From positions 17,856,001-17,920,000 of the forward strand of contig JBHGNT010000012.1 of the NCBI GenBank assembly GCA_043228905.1: a stretch of 64,000 nucleotides of DNA, written 5' to 3'. Position 1 is the stretch's first letter; every line of letters starts with the position of its first letter. The stretch is from Azolla caroliniana (taxonomy: Eukaryota > Plantae > Polypodiophyta). A program made the position numbers and the translations under genes. The notes under the pieces were generated by a model. The model saw only the letters and a program-made list of their open reading frames with translations, did no database searches and was not told where the DNA came from. Positions 63,591 to 64,000 of this stretch are shown piece after piece.

Positions 63591-63652
63591 CCTCGGTTCA
63601 AGACCCCCGTGGTCCCGCCCCTTTCTCCACGCACGCGCGTAACAACGCGACA
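62350..63652 (+). mobile_element. 3' end of a second Gypsy family (integrase C-terminus, PPT, LTR 63007-63652)
   Basis: LPYALWAD..THSS...PAELMYGQ...WFGPY; PPT GGTGGGGGTGGA; LTR TGTCG...CGACA unrelated to 50301-50734. Confidence 0.85.
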
Positions 63653-64000
63653 TCGTGCTCCTTGCCCAGTTCGATTCTACACACATCGACTCATCTACTC
63701 ATAAGGCCCATCTCAACTCCTTTGTTGTTGTGACTCTGTCACGTCTTGATGCGTCGGTTCCTCCATGTCAGTGTCAACTTCCGCTGCCTCCTTGTCCGTT
63801 TGACCTTCAGTTGATCCGGCTCCTCCGAATCAAACACCTCTTCCGAATCGGGCGCCTTCGATTCATTCTAGCTCTTGTTTGAATTGGTTGTCTCCAATTC
63901 TTCCTCAATCTTCAAGACCTTTACCACATCAAACCATGTCCAAGTCCTGGCCTTCTTCCTCTGATCGGCTCCGTCCTTCTTGACTCTACCGTCGATGCTT

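Noticed and set aside
63007-63652. 3' LTR of Gypsy element A
   Set aside because: No similarity to 50301-50734 and no shared TSD
63653-64000. Possible acidic coding fragment on the - strand
   Set aside because: Stops in the frames read, no motif, and cut off by the window edge

Overview
Eukaryotic, repeat-rich plant genomic DNA. It most likely comes from a non-seed land plant such as a fern: it has an intact centriolar SAS-6 gene, which implies flagellated sperm, plus long TE-filled introns and a Tcn1-type chromovirus. Three host genes can be read: a 14-exon Mem_trans/PILS-like transporter (+, 6.5-12.3 kb), an intronless 224-aa unknown ORF (-, 14.9-15.6 kb) and a 13-coding-exon SAS-6 (-, 29.6-41.7 kb) with an unusual 21-aa repeat tail. 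The rest is mostly mobile DNA. It includes a MULE-SWIM DNA transposon with oppositely oriented subterminal motif arrays, a solo LTR with TSD, a hAT MITE, an L1 family repeatedly abutting (GA)n microsatellites, and two RTEX-like LINE families that share a 3' stem-loop. There are two rearranged Copia elements; one has its integrase-RT replaced by a 1.9-kb inverted copy of nearby host DNA. There is also a four-level nest (Copia > non-chromoviral Gypsy > self-priming chromovirus > LINE fragment). All calls come from manual reading and translation; no database searches were run.
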